Positions 52,830-62,440 of a DNA stretch of 64,000 nucleotides are shown one piece after another (within the stretch, counting starts at the first letter, position 1; each line of letters begins with the position of its first letter). Under the pieces are notes generated by a model. That model was not told the DNA's origin and made no database searches. It was given only the letters and a program-made list of their open reading frames with translations. The translations under genes and the position numbers were made by a program. Origin of the DNA: Spirochaetaceae bacterium. GTDB lineage: Bacteria; Spirochaetota; Spirochaetia; DSM-2461. The stretch lies in NCBI GenBank assembly GCA_051531975.1, contig JAOPTT010000003.1, positions 96,001 through 160,000 on the forward strand, written 5' to 3'.

Positions 52830-53762
52830 TCACTTTATGCCTATCCATTTAATAATGTCTCTTTTAAGTATATTAAATTCAAAAATATTCCTTGGACCAT
52901 GCTCCATTTTTCTATAATACTCAAATGTAAAATTCTCTTTATTATATTGGTCTTCAATTATTTTTGTCGACTCGACAGGACAAGACCAATCTCTCTCTCC
53001 ATGTATAAATAAAACAGGGATATTTATTTCTTTAATATACTCAATTGGATTATAGTCGAAAAAGCTACTCCATCTGGTATAAGGGTGACCTAAAAAAAAT
53101 TCTGTAATTGAATCTGGGTTTTCTTTTATATCTTTATAAACTTTTTCAGTTTTTACTAACATGGATCTATATTCTTTTGGCATTTTTACAGAAGAAGTTG
53201 CTAAAGTTTTAAACTCATCTAACTGAGTCATACCACCACCACCTGCAAGAATTATAATCTTATCAATTTGATCCTTAACTTTTAAATTATTATAAATAAG
53301 TGGTACTAAAGCACCACCATCAGATGAACCCATAAGTATAACTTCAGAAAACTTATTGTTAGATAAATAACTGTTTATGCTTTTAGTATAACTATCAACA
53401 AAGCCTTGGACTGTTGAGTTTTTTAAAGCTTTAGGGTCAGAATTGTACTCTTGTCCAGCTTCATAAAAGAGCTTCTCTGGTACAAGAACATTAAAGTTCT
53501 TTCTAAACTGGTTAATTACGATACTAGCAGAACTTACTGTTTCCCAAGAACCATCATCATCCTTAGTTCCTAATACAGATTTGTAACCACTACCTTCAAT
53601 ATATATTAATAACTTATCCGATCTGCTATTAGGGAAGACATAGTAGTTTCCATCTGTTTTATATACTAACATTCCTTTATATTTTACTGTTGAGCATGAA
53701 CTCAATAAAACACCTACAATTAATAAACATATTACATTTTTAAATTTCACTTTATTCTCCAA
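52830..53762 (-). CDS. Alpha/beta-hydrolase lipoprotein
   Basis: LLSSC lipobox, GSSDGG nucleophile elbow, PVLFIHGERD, MEHG. Confidence 0.8.
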   Translation of the reverse strand: MENKVKFKNVICLLIVGVLLSSCSTVKYKGMLVYKTDGNYYVFPNSRSDKLLIYIEGSGYKSVLGTKDDDGSWETVSSASIVINQFRKNFNVLVPEKLFYEAGQEYNSDPKALKNSTVQGFVDSYTKSINSYLSNNKFSEVILMGSSDGGALVPLIYNNLKVKDQIDKIIILAGGGGMTQLDEFKTLATSSVKMPKEYRSMLVKTEKVYKDIKENPDSITEFFLGHPYTRWSSFFDYNPIEYIKEINIPVLFIHGERDWSCPVESTKIIEDQYNKENFTFEYYRKMEHGPRNIFEFNILKRDIIKWIGIK

Positions 53763-53853
53763 TAAAAAATATTATAGAGAATATAAATTGCTAATAAATT
53801 ACAATCTGGTTACATATAAGTAATACATTAACTTTATTAGAATATAGAGGGAT

Positions 53854-54222
53854 TTATTGGTTAATAATTTTATTAATCTTACCTGTTAATACATCCAAAT
53901 CAAATATTGGTTTAAGTATAATGTTATTATTTGTTAAACCTAAAGAAGTCAATGTTTGCGGAATAGAATAATTATAATCTCCAGTGTGTATTAGAAATTT
54001 CATTTCTGGTTTAATCTTATTAATTTCTATTATTAGTTTATCACCTTCCATATCTGGAATATGAAGATCAACAATAACAAGGTCGATATCACTTTTTGTA
54101 GATATGGATAAACCTTCTGATGCAGTTGAGGAACAGTATATTTTAAAACCTTCATCTTCCAATAACATTTCTAATGATATACGAATGGATTCATCATCAT
54201 CAATTATTAAAATATGTTTCAT
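53854..54222 (-). CDS. Single-domain response regulator
   Basis: ILIIDDD, VIVDLHIPDMEG, HTG, LKP. Confidence 0.88.
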   Translation of the reverse strand: MKHILIIDDDESIRISLEMLLEDEGFKIYCSSTASEGLSISTKSDIDLVIVDLHIPDMEGDKLIIEINKIKPEMKFLIHTGDYNYSIPQTLTSLGLTNNNIILKPIFDLDVLTGKINKIINQ

Positions 54223-54323
54223 TTTGTCCCCCTAAATGTATTATAAACTAAAACAAACAATTATTATCATTAATTTTTAATTAATTTACATTTAATTCAC
54301 AGGGGGACTATTTTAATACAATA

Positions 54324-56264
54324 TTAAAACTGAGATTTATGTTTTATAAAAAAATCTACTCTAGGCTCAAGCCATTTAAGTTTATGGTCACTAGGGTTTT
54401 CTGTAAAATAGTAGATATCTTTAAATAGATAATCCCAATTAAAGAAGTCATCGTTAACATTTAGATAATCCTTAACCAGCTCTGTTCCTGTAGGGGCAAC
54501 AGGATGTAAAAGAAATATAGCGGTTCTTAACATATGGAAAATATCTATAAGTACCAATTTTATATCATCTTCATTTATATCTTTTACCATTCTTTTAGCC
54601 CACTCTTTACTTATGCCTCTAATATATTTTTCTATATTAAACATAGCTTTATGGAATTCGTTATTATAAACCCTTCTTTCCCACTCTAATATTATTCTTT
54701 TTGAACCCTCTAAAACTTCACTTGATATTTCCCCATATGGTAAAACTCCATCAAAGTATTTTTGAGTTGTGTAAAAACAGGAACGACAGATTCTATTTAA
54801 AACATTACTTAATAGATTACCCTCTTTTAAAACCGGATCTGCATCTTTCTCTTTTGCTTCTTTATTAAAAGGCTTAGGGTTAAAATTTATTGGTCGCATA
54901 CCAAGACCTAGGGCAAAAAAATGAGCTCGCAACTGGTCTGGGGTATAATGCTCTAATAAGTCCAGAGCCATTATTGGTTTTATCTCGCCAGAAGATGAAG
55001 CTTTTCGATTACCTTGAAGAAGATGACAATTGGCTATTAATTTTGGAAATTGTAACTTTCGACCTTCTAAGCCCATAAATAAAGACATCTCAGCAAGACT
55101 ATAAAAAAAGATATTATCCTCTCCCATAAACTGATAAACAGTAGAATCTTCTGAAGACCACCAATCCTCAACCTTATTTGAACTAAGACTATGAGACTCT
55201 AGATAACATTTTGTAAATGAAATTGGTGCCCATAAAGATTCAGGCCAAACCCAAAATGTTAAATCCTTTAATCCATCAATCTCTGGGACATTTATACTCC
55301 ACTCTATATTTCCTGTTATTCTAAATGGAGTAAGGGTTTTTCCTGCTCTAAAACGTAACCCCTCCCTGTTTAATATTTCTACTGCTAACTCTCTTTGTTC
55401 TAGTGATGTGAAAATTAAAGATATTGATTTTTTATCTTCCTTTGTTTCATGGCCTGGAAGTTTACCTTTAATTAGTTCTAGTGCTTCTTTACTTTCGTTT
55501 TTAATATAAACAACAGGAGGTTCTAAGAACTCTTTAATTGTAGAAATTACATGTCGCCTACTATCAGATCTATTTTCTATTTTATTAACCCACTGGATTA
55601 ATTCGTTTTTAAAGTTATTAGGATCAATATACCAGTTAGTAACCTCCTTCATTTCTGGAGGTTCCCCAGATAATATACTTGTTGGATTAATTAAATCTTT
55701 TGGATCATAGGGGTGCCCCATTTCACACTCATCAGCATATGCCTTTTCTGACTTACAACCTGGCACAGGACACATCCCTATAACCTGTCGCCCATTTAAA
55801 AATGAGTTTAATTTTTTGTCAAAGAATTGAGCAGCTGAACGTTTATGTAGGTGCCCATTTTGATATAACTCAGTTAAAACATCAGAGCTTAATTGTTTAT
55901 GTATCTCCCCAGGTCTTCCAAAAGCTGAAGTATAATAGGATTCTGTAGAAATGTTAAAAGCTTCTAAAGCTACTTTCTGATTATTATGATTAAACAAAAT
56001 AAACTCTTCTAATGAACCACTGAATTCACCGCTTTTTATCTGTTTTTTGTAATATTCAATAATTGGAGAGCCGTAACAATCTGTTCCAGAGACAAAAATT
56101 ACATTATCTTTACCTAATCTATCCTGGAGAAACCTTTTATATATGTCTGCATGTACAAAGACACCTCCAATGTGCCCTAAATGTAAACTTTTATTGCCAT
56201 ATGGCATCCCAGCTGTAACTACTGCTCTAATAGGAAATTCTGGTCTAGAATTATCTACTCTCAT
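54324..56264 (-). CDS. Divergent MetRS-like class I aminoacyl-tRNA synthetase; amino-acid specificity uncertain
   Basis: PYGNKSLHLGH (HIGH), GTDCYG, zinc knuckle, KASSS in place of KMSKS, helical anticodon-binding domain; Met-pocket motifs altered. Confidence 0.85.
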   Translation of the reverse strand: MRVDNSRPEFPIRAVVTAGMPYGNKSLHLGHIGGVFVHADIYKRFLQDRLGKDNVIFVSGTDCYGSPIIEYYKKQIKSGEFSGSLEEFILFNHNNQKVALEAFNISTESYYTSAFGRPGEIHKQLSSDVLTELYQNGHLHKRSAAQFFDKKLNSFLNGRQVIGMCPVPGCKSEKAYADECEMGHPYDPKDLINPTSILSGEPPEMKEVTNWYIDPNNFKNELIQWVNKIENRSDSRRHVISTIKEFLEPPVVYIKNESKEALELIKGKLPGHETKEDKKSISLIFTSLEQRELAVEILNREGLRFRAGKTLTPFRITGNIEWSINVPEIDGLKDLTFWVWPESLWAPISFTKCYLESHSLSSNKVEDWWSSEDSTVYQFMGEDNIFFYSLAEMSLFMGLEGRKLQFPKLIANCHLLQGNRKASSSGEIKPIMALDLLEHYTPDQLRAHFFALGLGMRPINFNPKPFNKEAKEKDADPVLKEGNLLSNVLNRICRSCFYTTQKYFDGVLPYGEISSEVLEGSKRIILEWERRVYNNEFHKAMFNIEKYIRGISKEWAKRMVKDINEDDIKLVLIDIFHMLRTAIFLLHPVAPTGTELVKDYLNVNDDFFNWDYLFKDIYYFTENPSDHKLKWLEPRVDFFIKHKSQF

Positions 56265-56282
56265 ATTATTCTCCTAATTATA

Positions 56283-56316
56283 AAATAAAAAAGCCCCACT
56301 TTAATAAGTGGGGCTT
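56283..56316 (-). terminator. Attenuator terminator upstream of the synthetase gene
   Basis: Minus strand AAGCCCCACTT-ATTA-AAGTGGGGCTT-TTTTATTTT: perfect 11-bp stem plus U-tract. Confidence 0.9.
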
Positions 56317-56333
56317 CTAAAATAAACAATGTT

Positions 56334-56405
56334 TTAAGCAGCCCCATAATAAAGTTGTTGTTGTTGAGTTTGTTGCTGTTGTTCCTGTCTACTTAAATTA
56401 TTCAT
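56334..56405 (-). CDS. Glutamine-rich attenuator leader peptide MNNLSRQEQQQQTQQQQLYYGAA
   Basis: 23-codon ORF with 9 Gln codons. Its 3' end TGGGGCT is complementary to the terminator 5' arm AGCCCCA, and a TTGACT-N17-AATACT promoter lies just upstream. Confidence 0.85.
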   Translation of the reverse strand: MNNLSRQEQQQQTQQQQLYYGAA

Positions 56406-56476
56406 TAACTGAAGTATTACATTAAAAATTTAGAAAGTCAAACATAGTAAAGGGATTGTAATTGAAAGGTTTTAAG

Positions 56477-57280
56477 CTAAATCTTCCTAACATTTACCAA
56501 TTCAAGATATTCTGAAATCCACATTTTATATGCAGGTGGAATTACTTCCTGATCGAATTTAATAATTATTGAAAGTAGGCTTTCATCTTCGTTGACTACC
56601 TCGATTCTTTCTATATGTCCTATCATCTCACCAATACCTTCAAGTCCTTTGTATTTCATGATTAACATAGCACTACTATTTCTTAATATTTTTGATGTGC
56701 ATCCAACAAGAATAACTTTAGCACTAAACATCGAAAGTTCAGTTAATATGCATCTTTTACCACAGCCAGAAACAAAAAGAAAGTTCTGATGGTTTTTACT
56801 TTTTGAGGAGCTGTAGAGGTCTTTATTTAAAATAAATCGCTCTTCTGCTCGTTTATGTAAATTTAACTGTTTTATTATATGGGAGCCTAGAATGTTTATA
56901 AAATCGTCAGGAACTCTCTTTGAAAAATCAACTAAAAAGAAATATAGGTCTTTTTTTTCTTGATTATACTCAGTTATTTCTGAAATTTTTGAATGTATAT
57001 AAAAACAGATCTCTTTATGTTCATATTTATCATTGAAAGAAAACATTATAGATATTTTCTGTTGTTTTCTTTTTATGTAATTTAACTGATCGATTGATAG
57101 ATTTATCAGAATCTTTGCACCACTTAAGGATGAAGAATATATTATGCATGAGAGCTTCATCCCACTACATTTTAGTGTTATATCAGCAGGACGTAGCCCT
57201 AATTCTTTAATAACACTCTGATTAAAAGTAATACTATGATCTTTATGATCATCATAGATCTGATTTAGTCTTCTATCCAT
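56477..57280 (-). CDS. Spirochaetal PilZ-domain c-di-GMP receptor (PlzA-like)
   Basis: SITFNQSVIKELGL..LK...CIIYSSS N-domain and a KRAEERF RxxxR motif; the second PilZ motif appears as ELSMFSA. Confidence 0.75.
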   Translation of the reverse strand: MDRRLNQIYDDHKDHSITFNQSVIKELGLRPADITLKCSGMKLSCIIYSSSLSGAKILINLSIDQLNYIKRKQQKISIMFSFNDKYEHKEICFYIHSKISEITEYNQEKKDLYFFLVDFSKRVPDDFINILGSHIIKQLNLHKRAEERFILNKDLYSSSKSKNHQNFLFVSGCGKRCILTELSMFSAKVILVGCTSKILRNSSAMLIMKYKGLEGIGEMIGHIERIEVVNEDESLLSIIIKFDQEVIPPAYKMWISEYLELVNVRKI

Positions 57281-57341
57281 TTTTACAGTATACCGTGTTA
57301 TTATGATATTACAATTAAATAATTAATTATCTATAAAAACA

Positions 57342-57391
57342 TTAAGTCAACTTAACTTTCTATTGACATAAAACTTAAGTCAGCTTAATAT
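57342..57391 (+). promoter_or_regulatory. TetR promoter with two palindromic operators
   Basis: TTAAGTCAACTTAA (57342-57355) and TTAAGTCAGCTTAA (57375-57388); TTGACA-N17-TAATAT. Confidence 0.75.
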
Positions 57392-57397
57392 TTAAAC

Positions 57398-58009
57398 ATG
57401 GACAAAACATTTGGTTTAAGAGATGAGAAAAAGGGTATATTAAAGTTACGAATTTTAGAGACCACACTTAAGTTATTAAAAAAAAGAGATTTTGATAAAA
57501 TTAAAGTCAAAGATATTTGTAAGATCGTTAATACATCTGAGGTTACTTTTTTTAAGTATTTTGTGAAAAAAGATGAAATACTTCAATTTTTTTTACAAGT
57601 TTGGAACTATAAACGAGAACTTAATATCTCAAAAAATGGCCGCCAATTTGGAAAAGACGCTATCTATAAAATATTTTCTGATATTTGTGAAACAGATCAG
57701 CCTACAAAAATTATGTTAACAATATATAACTATATTTCTCATCTTAAAGAGCGCCCTAAAACATTAGTTTTAAAAGATTATGAAAAGTATCTAATAGATA
57801 ATGAAAACCGCCTGGAATATATTTTGACTCTAGATGACCAGATTATTAAACATTTAAAAGAAGCCAAGGAAGATAATATTGAGGAAAAAGCTAAACTTAT
57901 TGGAGCCATATATTACGGAACACCATTAATATCTCATATAACAAGAGAGCCTTTAGGTGAATTATATATTAAAAACTTAGACCTACTATTTAGTAACAAG
58001 GAGAATTAA
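57398..58009 (+). CDS. TetR/AcrR-family transcriptional regulator
   Basis: FDKIKVKDICKIVNTSEVTFFKYFVKKDEIL HTH. Confidence 0.88.
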   Translation: MDKTFGLRDEKKGILKLRILETTLKLLKKRDFDKIKVKDICKIVNTSEVTFFKYFVKKDEILQFFLQVWNYKRELNISKNGRQFGKDAIYKIFSDICETDQPTKIMLTIYNYISHLKERPKTLVLKDYEKYLIDNENRLEYILTLDDQIIKHLKEAKEDNIEEKAKLIGAIYYGTPLISHITREPLGELYIKNLDLLFSNKEN

Positions 58010-58954
58010 ATGATAAAAGAGTACTTTCAAATGGATTTAAATGGGTGTAGACAATGGATATCTATTACAGGAAACACAGATAAGCCAGTTTTATTATTAT
58101 TACATGGAGGACCGGGCACACCAAGTATGAATTTATTTAGAATGTGGAACAAACCTCTTCTACGAGATTTTTTAGTAATAACCTGGGATCAGCGTGGAAC
58201 TGGACGGTCTAATATTAAAACCTTAGATCCAAATACTTTAACTATAGACCAGCTAGTTTCAGATACTAACCAACTAACACTCTACCTAAAAGAGAGATTT
58301 AATAGAGAGAAAATATACCTTATGGGTCACTCCTTTGGGGCTACGCTAGGTCTGAAAACAGTTGCTAAATATTCAAAGAACTATGAGGCATATTTTGGAA
58401 TATCACAGTTTGTAAATACTACAGAAAATGAGAAAAGTTGTTATAATTGGGTTAAAGCTGAGGCAGAAAGACGTAATGATAGTTCAGCTCTAAAGCTTCT
58501 GAATATTATAGGGGAACCTGTTGAAGGGTTTTATATAAATGGTTTAAAAGACACCATGAAAGTAAAACAATTGGTTGGCAAGTATAAAGGAGATTCTGTA
58601 GGTAAGAGTTCCACAATAACAGTTTTATTAAATTTACTTTTTTGCAAAGAATACAGAGGACGATACCTGAAGGCGTCAATATCTGGCATATCACTCTCCT
58701 TGAATAAATTAGGAAATGATCTTAAGGGAATAGATTTCCAGACTCAAGTTAAAGAGTTAGAAGTACCAGTTTATTTTTTCTCTGGAGACTACGATCAATT
58801 AACACCACAACATCTGCTTAGAGATTATTACAAACAGCTAATAGCACCTAAAAAAGAACTGTTTATATTTAAGAACTCAGCCCACAGTCCATTATGGGAG
58901 GAGAGTGAAAAATTTCATGATATTGTACATAATATTATGACTGTAAAGAATTAA
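58010..58954 (+). CDS. Alpha/beta hydrolase (proline iminopeptidase-like)
   Basis: LLHGGPG, WDQRGTGRS, GHSFG, GDYDQLTP, SAHSP. Confidence 0.88.
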   Translation: MIKEYFQMDLNGCRQWISITGNTDKPVLLLLHGGPGTPSMNLFRMWNKPLLRDFLVITWDQRGTGRSNIKTLDPNTLTIDQLVSDTNQLTLYLKERFNREKIYLMGHSFGATLGLKTVAKYSKNYEAYFGISQFVNTTENEKSCYNWVKAEAERRNDSSALKLLNIIGEPVEGFYINGLKDTMKVKQLVGKYKGDSVGKSSTITVLLNLLFCKEYRGRYLKASISGISLSLNKLGNDLKGIDFQTQVKELEVPVYFFSGDYDQLTPQHLLRDYYKQLIAPKKELFIFKNSAHSPLWEESEKFHDIVHNIMTVKN

Positions 58955-59070
58955 TAGGATCGTAGATAATAAACATATATACGAAAAAGTCCATCTTTAA
59001 TCAATTTTTCTACATTGTTAAACCAAGCGTCCGTGATAAAATATATATTATTAAACACGGAGGATATTAA

Positions 59071-60099
59071 ATGAACCATATAGAGAGATTTTTTGCAACA
59101 ATTGAAAGAAAACCAGTAGATAGACCGGCAAGTTGGCTTGGATTACCAGTACCAGATGCACACCAAGCTCTATTAGACTATTTTAAAATTGATAATATAG
59201 AGAAAATGACTCATGCAGTAGATGATGATATATTCCCTGTAGAATTACCATACCACTCGCCAACAAGTAATGCAATTTATACGGCATTAAATTTTGCTAA
59301 GGATTTTGAAGGCACTGAAACAGAGAGAACTTTGACAGCTGCCGGTTTTTTTGAAGATTACACAGACCCATCAAAAATAGATGATTTTAATTGGCCAGAT
59401 CCTAAAAAATACATAGACCAAAAAGAGTGTTTAAAAGCTGTAGAAGATGCACCAAAAGATAAAGCTGTTGTAGGTATTTTATGGTCAGCACATTTCCAAG
59501 AAGCTTGTGCTGCATTTGGGATGGAAGAAGCTATGATGAAAATGATAACTGAACCCGGTATGTTCCAAGCTATAATTGATAGAATCCTTAATTTTTACCT
59601 AGAGTCTAACGAAATTTTTTATAAAGCTACAGAAGGGAAAATACATGCTGTTTTAATTGGTAACGACTTAGGTAGTCAGACTTCCTTAATGTTATCTCCA
59701 GATATGATTAGAAAATTTGTACTACCTGGAACTAAAAAACTTGTTGAACAGGCACATAAATATGGATTAAAAGTAATTCATCACTCTTGTGGTGCAATTA
59801 GAGAGATAATTGAGGACTTAATTGATGTTGGTTGTGATGTTATACACCCTATTCAAGCTTTAGCAACAGGAATGGAACCAAAAAGTTTAAAAGAAGAATT
59901 TGGAGATAGGGTTACATTTTGTGGTGGTGTCGATGCACAAAATCTACTTGTAAATGGAACAAACGAAGAAGTTTGTATAAAGGTAAAAGAGTTAAGAGAG
60001 ATTTTTCCTACAGGGTTAATAATTTCTCCAAGCCACGAAGCAGTATTACCAGATATTCCACCAGAAAACATAAAAGCACTTTTTAAAAGTGTTCATTAG
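59071..60099 (+). CDS. Uroporphyrinogen decarboxylase / MtaA-CmuA methyltransferase family protein
   Basis: PVDRP, GNDLGSQ, IHHSCG, FCGGVDAQ, SPSHE...PPENI. Confidence 0.85.
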   Translation: MNHIERFFATIERKPVDRPASWLGLPVPDAHQALLDYFKIDNIEKMTHAVDDDIFPVELPYHSPTSNAIYTALNFAKDFEGTETERTLTAAGFFEDYTDPSKIDDFNWPDPKKYIDQKECLKAVEDAPKDKAVVGILWSAHFQEACAAFGMEEAMMKMITEPGMFQAIIDRILNFYLESNEIFYKATEGKIHAVLIGNDLGSQTSLMLSPDMIRKFVLPGTKKLVEQAHKYGLKVIHHSCGAIREIIEDLIDVGCDVIHPIQALATGMEPKSLKEEFGDRVTFCGGVDAQNLLVNGTNEEVCIKVKELREIFPTGLIISPSHEAVLPDIPPENIKALFKSVH

Positions 60100-60114
60100 A
60101 GATAATATGATTTT

Positions 60115-60957
60115 ATGAAAGTTATTAATTATGATAATCAGATAATTGCACAGATAGAATATTTTGACTTCTTAATTAATAACTTAAATATTCAGAGCCT
60201 AATTCATGGCTTCTCCACTATAAAAAGTGACTGGCGCCATAAAAATATAACTTCCCCTTTTCATAGACTATACTTTATTTTAGATGGAAAGGGAGTTCTC
60301 CAGAATTCAACAACCCAGATTGATCTAGTTCCAGGACAAATATACTTAATACCTGCAAATTCAACCTGGACTTATTCCTGCGATAGTACAATGGATCAGT
60401 TTTTTATTCATCTAAGAATAAATCTAATGGATGGGCTAGATATATTTGATAATTGTTCTGAGTGTCTAATTTTACCATATTCATTAGATAAAGTTAAATA
60501 TACTATTAATAAAATGAATATGGATTCTGTTGCTAGTATTATTGGCTTTAAAAGTTTCTTATATGAGATAATTTCTAACTTTATTTTAATGAATAACATT
60601 GAACTTATTTCCCATATTAAACGAACTATAAAATACAAGGACCTTTTTCAGTTTATTGAAAAAAATAAGTCAGCTCAGCTAAAGGTTTCCGATGTTGTAA
60701 ATTACATGAGTACATCCCACTCAACTTTGTATAAAGATTTACGCCTAGATACTGGTTATTCAATAAAATATTATATTAATAAAAAAATTACTGAATCAGC
60801 TTGCGAATTATTACTATTATCAGGACAAAGTATTAAGCAGATCGCATTTAGTTTAGATTTTAAAGATCAATACTACTTTTCAAGGTTTTTTAAAAAACAG
60901 ATGGGTTTATCTCCCTCAGTTTACAGAAGTAGTAATAACCCTACAAAACTTATGTAG
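60115..60957 (+). CDS. AraC-family transcriptional regulator
   Basis: RLYFILDGKG cupin, FKDQYYFSRFFKKQMGLSPSVYR. Confidence 0.9.
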   Translation: MKVINYDNQIIAQIEYFDFLINNLNIQSLIHGFSTIKSDWRHKNITSPFHRLYFILDGKGVLQNSTTQIDLVPGQIYLIPANSTWTYSCDSTMDQFFIHLRINLMDGLDIFDNCSECLILPYSLDKVKYTINKMNMDSVASIIGFKSFLYEIISNFILMNNIELISHIKRTIKYKDLFQFIEKNKSAQLKVSDVVNYMSTSHSTLYKDLRLDTGYSIKYYINKKITESACELLLLSGQSIKQIAFSLDFKDQYYFSRFFKKQMGLSPSVYRSSNNPTKLM

Positions 60958-61099
60958 AAAGTATCTGTCTATATTAATCCTAATGGGTGTTTTTCTAAAT
61001 AGTTTAACAAATTACTGGTTTTTCACTAACTTCTTTTAGAGTATATAAACAATTTCCTACTTCAGATAAAATATAAAAGTAGTTAATTTAGGGGATAAA

Positions 61100-61687
61100 A
61101 TGAATATAATAGTACTTTCAGATGATAAGTGGCACCCAAAAAGTGTTGTTAAAGATGGTCTTACCCATTTAGTAAAGGTACACAATGTAGCATGGGCTAC
61201 AGATCTAAAAGGTATTAATTTATCAGACTTTTCCCTTATAATATTAGCAAAGATAAATCATGTATCATCGGTTATAGATAAACCATGGATGACAAATGAG
61301 ATAGAAACTCAGTTTTGTGACTTTGTAGAAAATGGTGGAACTCTATTTGTTATACATGCAGGAACAGCTGGTTATAACAACTGTAATAGCTTTAGAAACA
61401 TAATAGGTGGAGTTTTTGATCACCACCCAGAACAATGTCTTGTAACCTATAAACATAAAAACAAAGAACCATACACAGTTAAAGACGAACACTATTTTAT
61501 GACTTTAGATCAACAGGATCTAGATATTTTTATGACTTCAGAATCAGAACATGGTATACAACCAGCTGGTTGGACTAAAGATTATGGTAGTGGAAAGATA
61601 ATTGTGTTTACACCAGGGCATAACCTAGACGTTTGGTTAAATAAAATAAACAGAGAAATCATAGAAGAGGTAATTAATGCCCTATAA
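61100..61687 (+). CDS. ThuA-like (class I glutamine amidotransferase fold) protein
   Basis: DDKWHP, FVENGG...IHAG, GGVFDHHP, DEHY, YGSGK...TPGH. Confidence 0.8.
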   Translation: MNIIVLSDDKWHPKSVVKDGLTHLVKVHNVAWATDLKGINLSDFSLIILAKINHVSSVIDKPWMTNEIETQFCDFVENGGTLFVIHAGTAGYNNCNSFRNIIGGVFDHHPEQCLVTYKHKNKEPYTVKDEHYFMTLDQQDLDIFMTSESEHGIQPAGWTKDYGSGKIIVFTPGHNLDVWLNKINREIIEEVINAL

Positions 61688-62372
61688 CATTTTAATAACC
61701 GGTGCAGACAGAGGTTTAGGTGCTTCTATGTGTAAACAACTTCTAGAAATGGGTCACACTGTCTTTGCAGGGCAATTTATGCCTGAGTGGAAAGATCTAG
61801 AAAACCTTAAATCACTTTATTCAAATAATATTTTTTTAATACAATTAGATGTAGGTTCTTTAGAGTCAGTAGAAAAAGCAAAAGAGATGGTAAATAAGAT
61901 TACACCAACATTAGATGTTTTAATAAATAATGCAGCATTTTTCTCTGATAAACATAACTATAAAGACATGCAACTTATGTACAATGTTAACAGTCTAGGT
62001 CCTATTAGAGTAACTGAAACTTTCCTACCTCTATTAGAAAAAGGAAACCTAAAAAGATTATGTTACCTGTCATCGGAAGCTAGTAGTATAACTGAGTCTA
62101 AAAGAGATTCTTGGTTTGGTTACTCAATGTCAAAAACATCTCTAAATATGGCAACTAAAATACTATTTAATGGTTTAAGACCTAAAGGCTATACATTTAG
62201 ACTACACCACCCAGGGTATCTAAAAACCTATATGAATGGGTTTCTAAATACCGATGGTAAGTTCACAGCAGATGAAGCAGCACAAATGGCTTTAGATATA
62301 TTCCTAACAAAGAAAGAAAATGAAGATGAGTTAAGACTTATAGACTACGATAAAAATACCTGGGAGTGGTAG
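61677..62372 (+). CDS. Short-chain dehydrogenase/reductase
   Basis: ITGADRGLG, LINNAA, YSMSK, HPGY. Confidence 0.9.
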   Translation: MPYNILITGADRGLGASMCKQLLEMGHTVFAGQFMPEWKDLENLKSLYSNNIFLIQLDVGSLESVEKAKEMVNKITPTLDVLINNAAFFSDKHNYKDMQLMYNVNSLGPIRVTETFLPLLEKGNLKRLCYLSSEASSITESKRDSWFGYSMSKTSLNMATKILFNGLRPKGYTFRLHHPGYLKTYMNGFLNTDGKFTADEAAQMALDIFLTKKENEDELRLIDYDKNTWEW

Positions 62373-62440
62373 TTTAACGGACCTTTTTAACCGGTATATA
62401 AATCTGAATAATGTCTTTACCCTTAACATCTGTAATATAT

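Noticed and set aside
56354..56383. (GTT)n microsatellite
   Set aside because: It includes synonymous CAG codons in frame within an ATG-to-TAA ORF tied to a terminator/antiterminator, so it is coding rather than slippage
56265..56476. T-box or SAM riboswitch upstream of the MetRS-like gene
   Set aside because: No T-box GGTGG-ACC motif or SAM-I core, and too little space; the leader-peptide attenuator explains the region
59030..59061. TCCGTG/CACGGA hairpin that could hide the SD of the UroD-like gene
   Set aside because: Only 6 bp, and the 5' arm lies upstream of the likely -10 box (TAAAAT), so it is probably not transcribed
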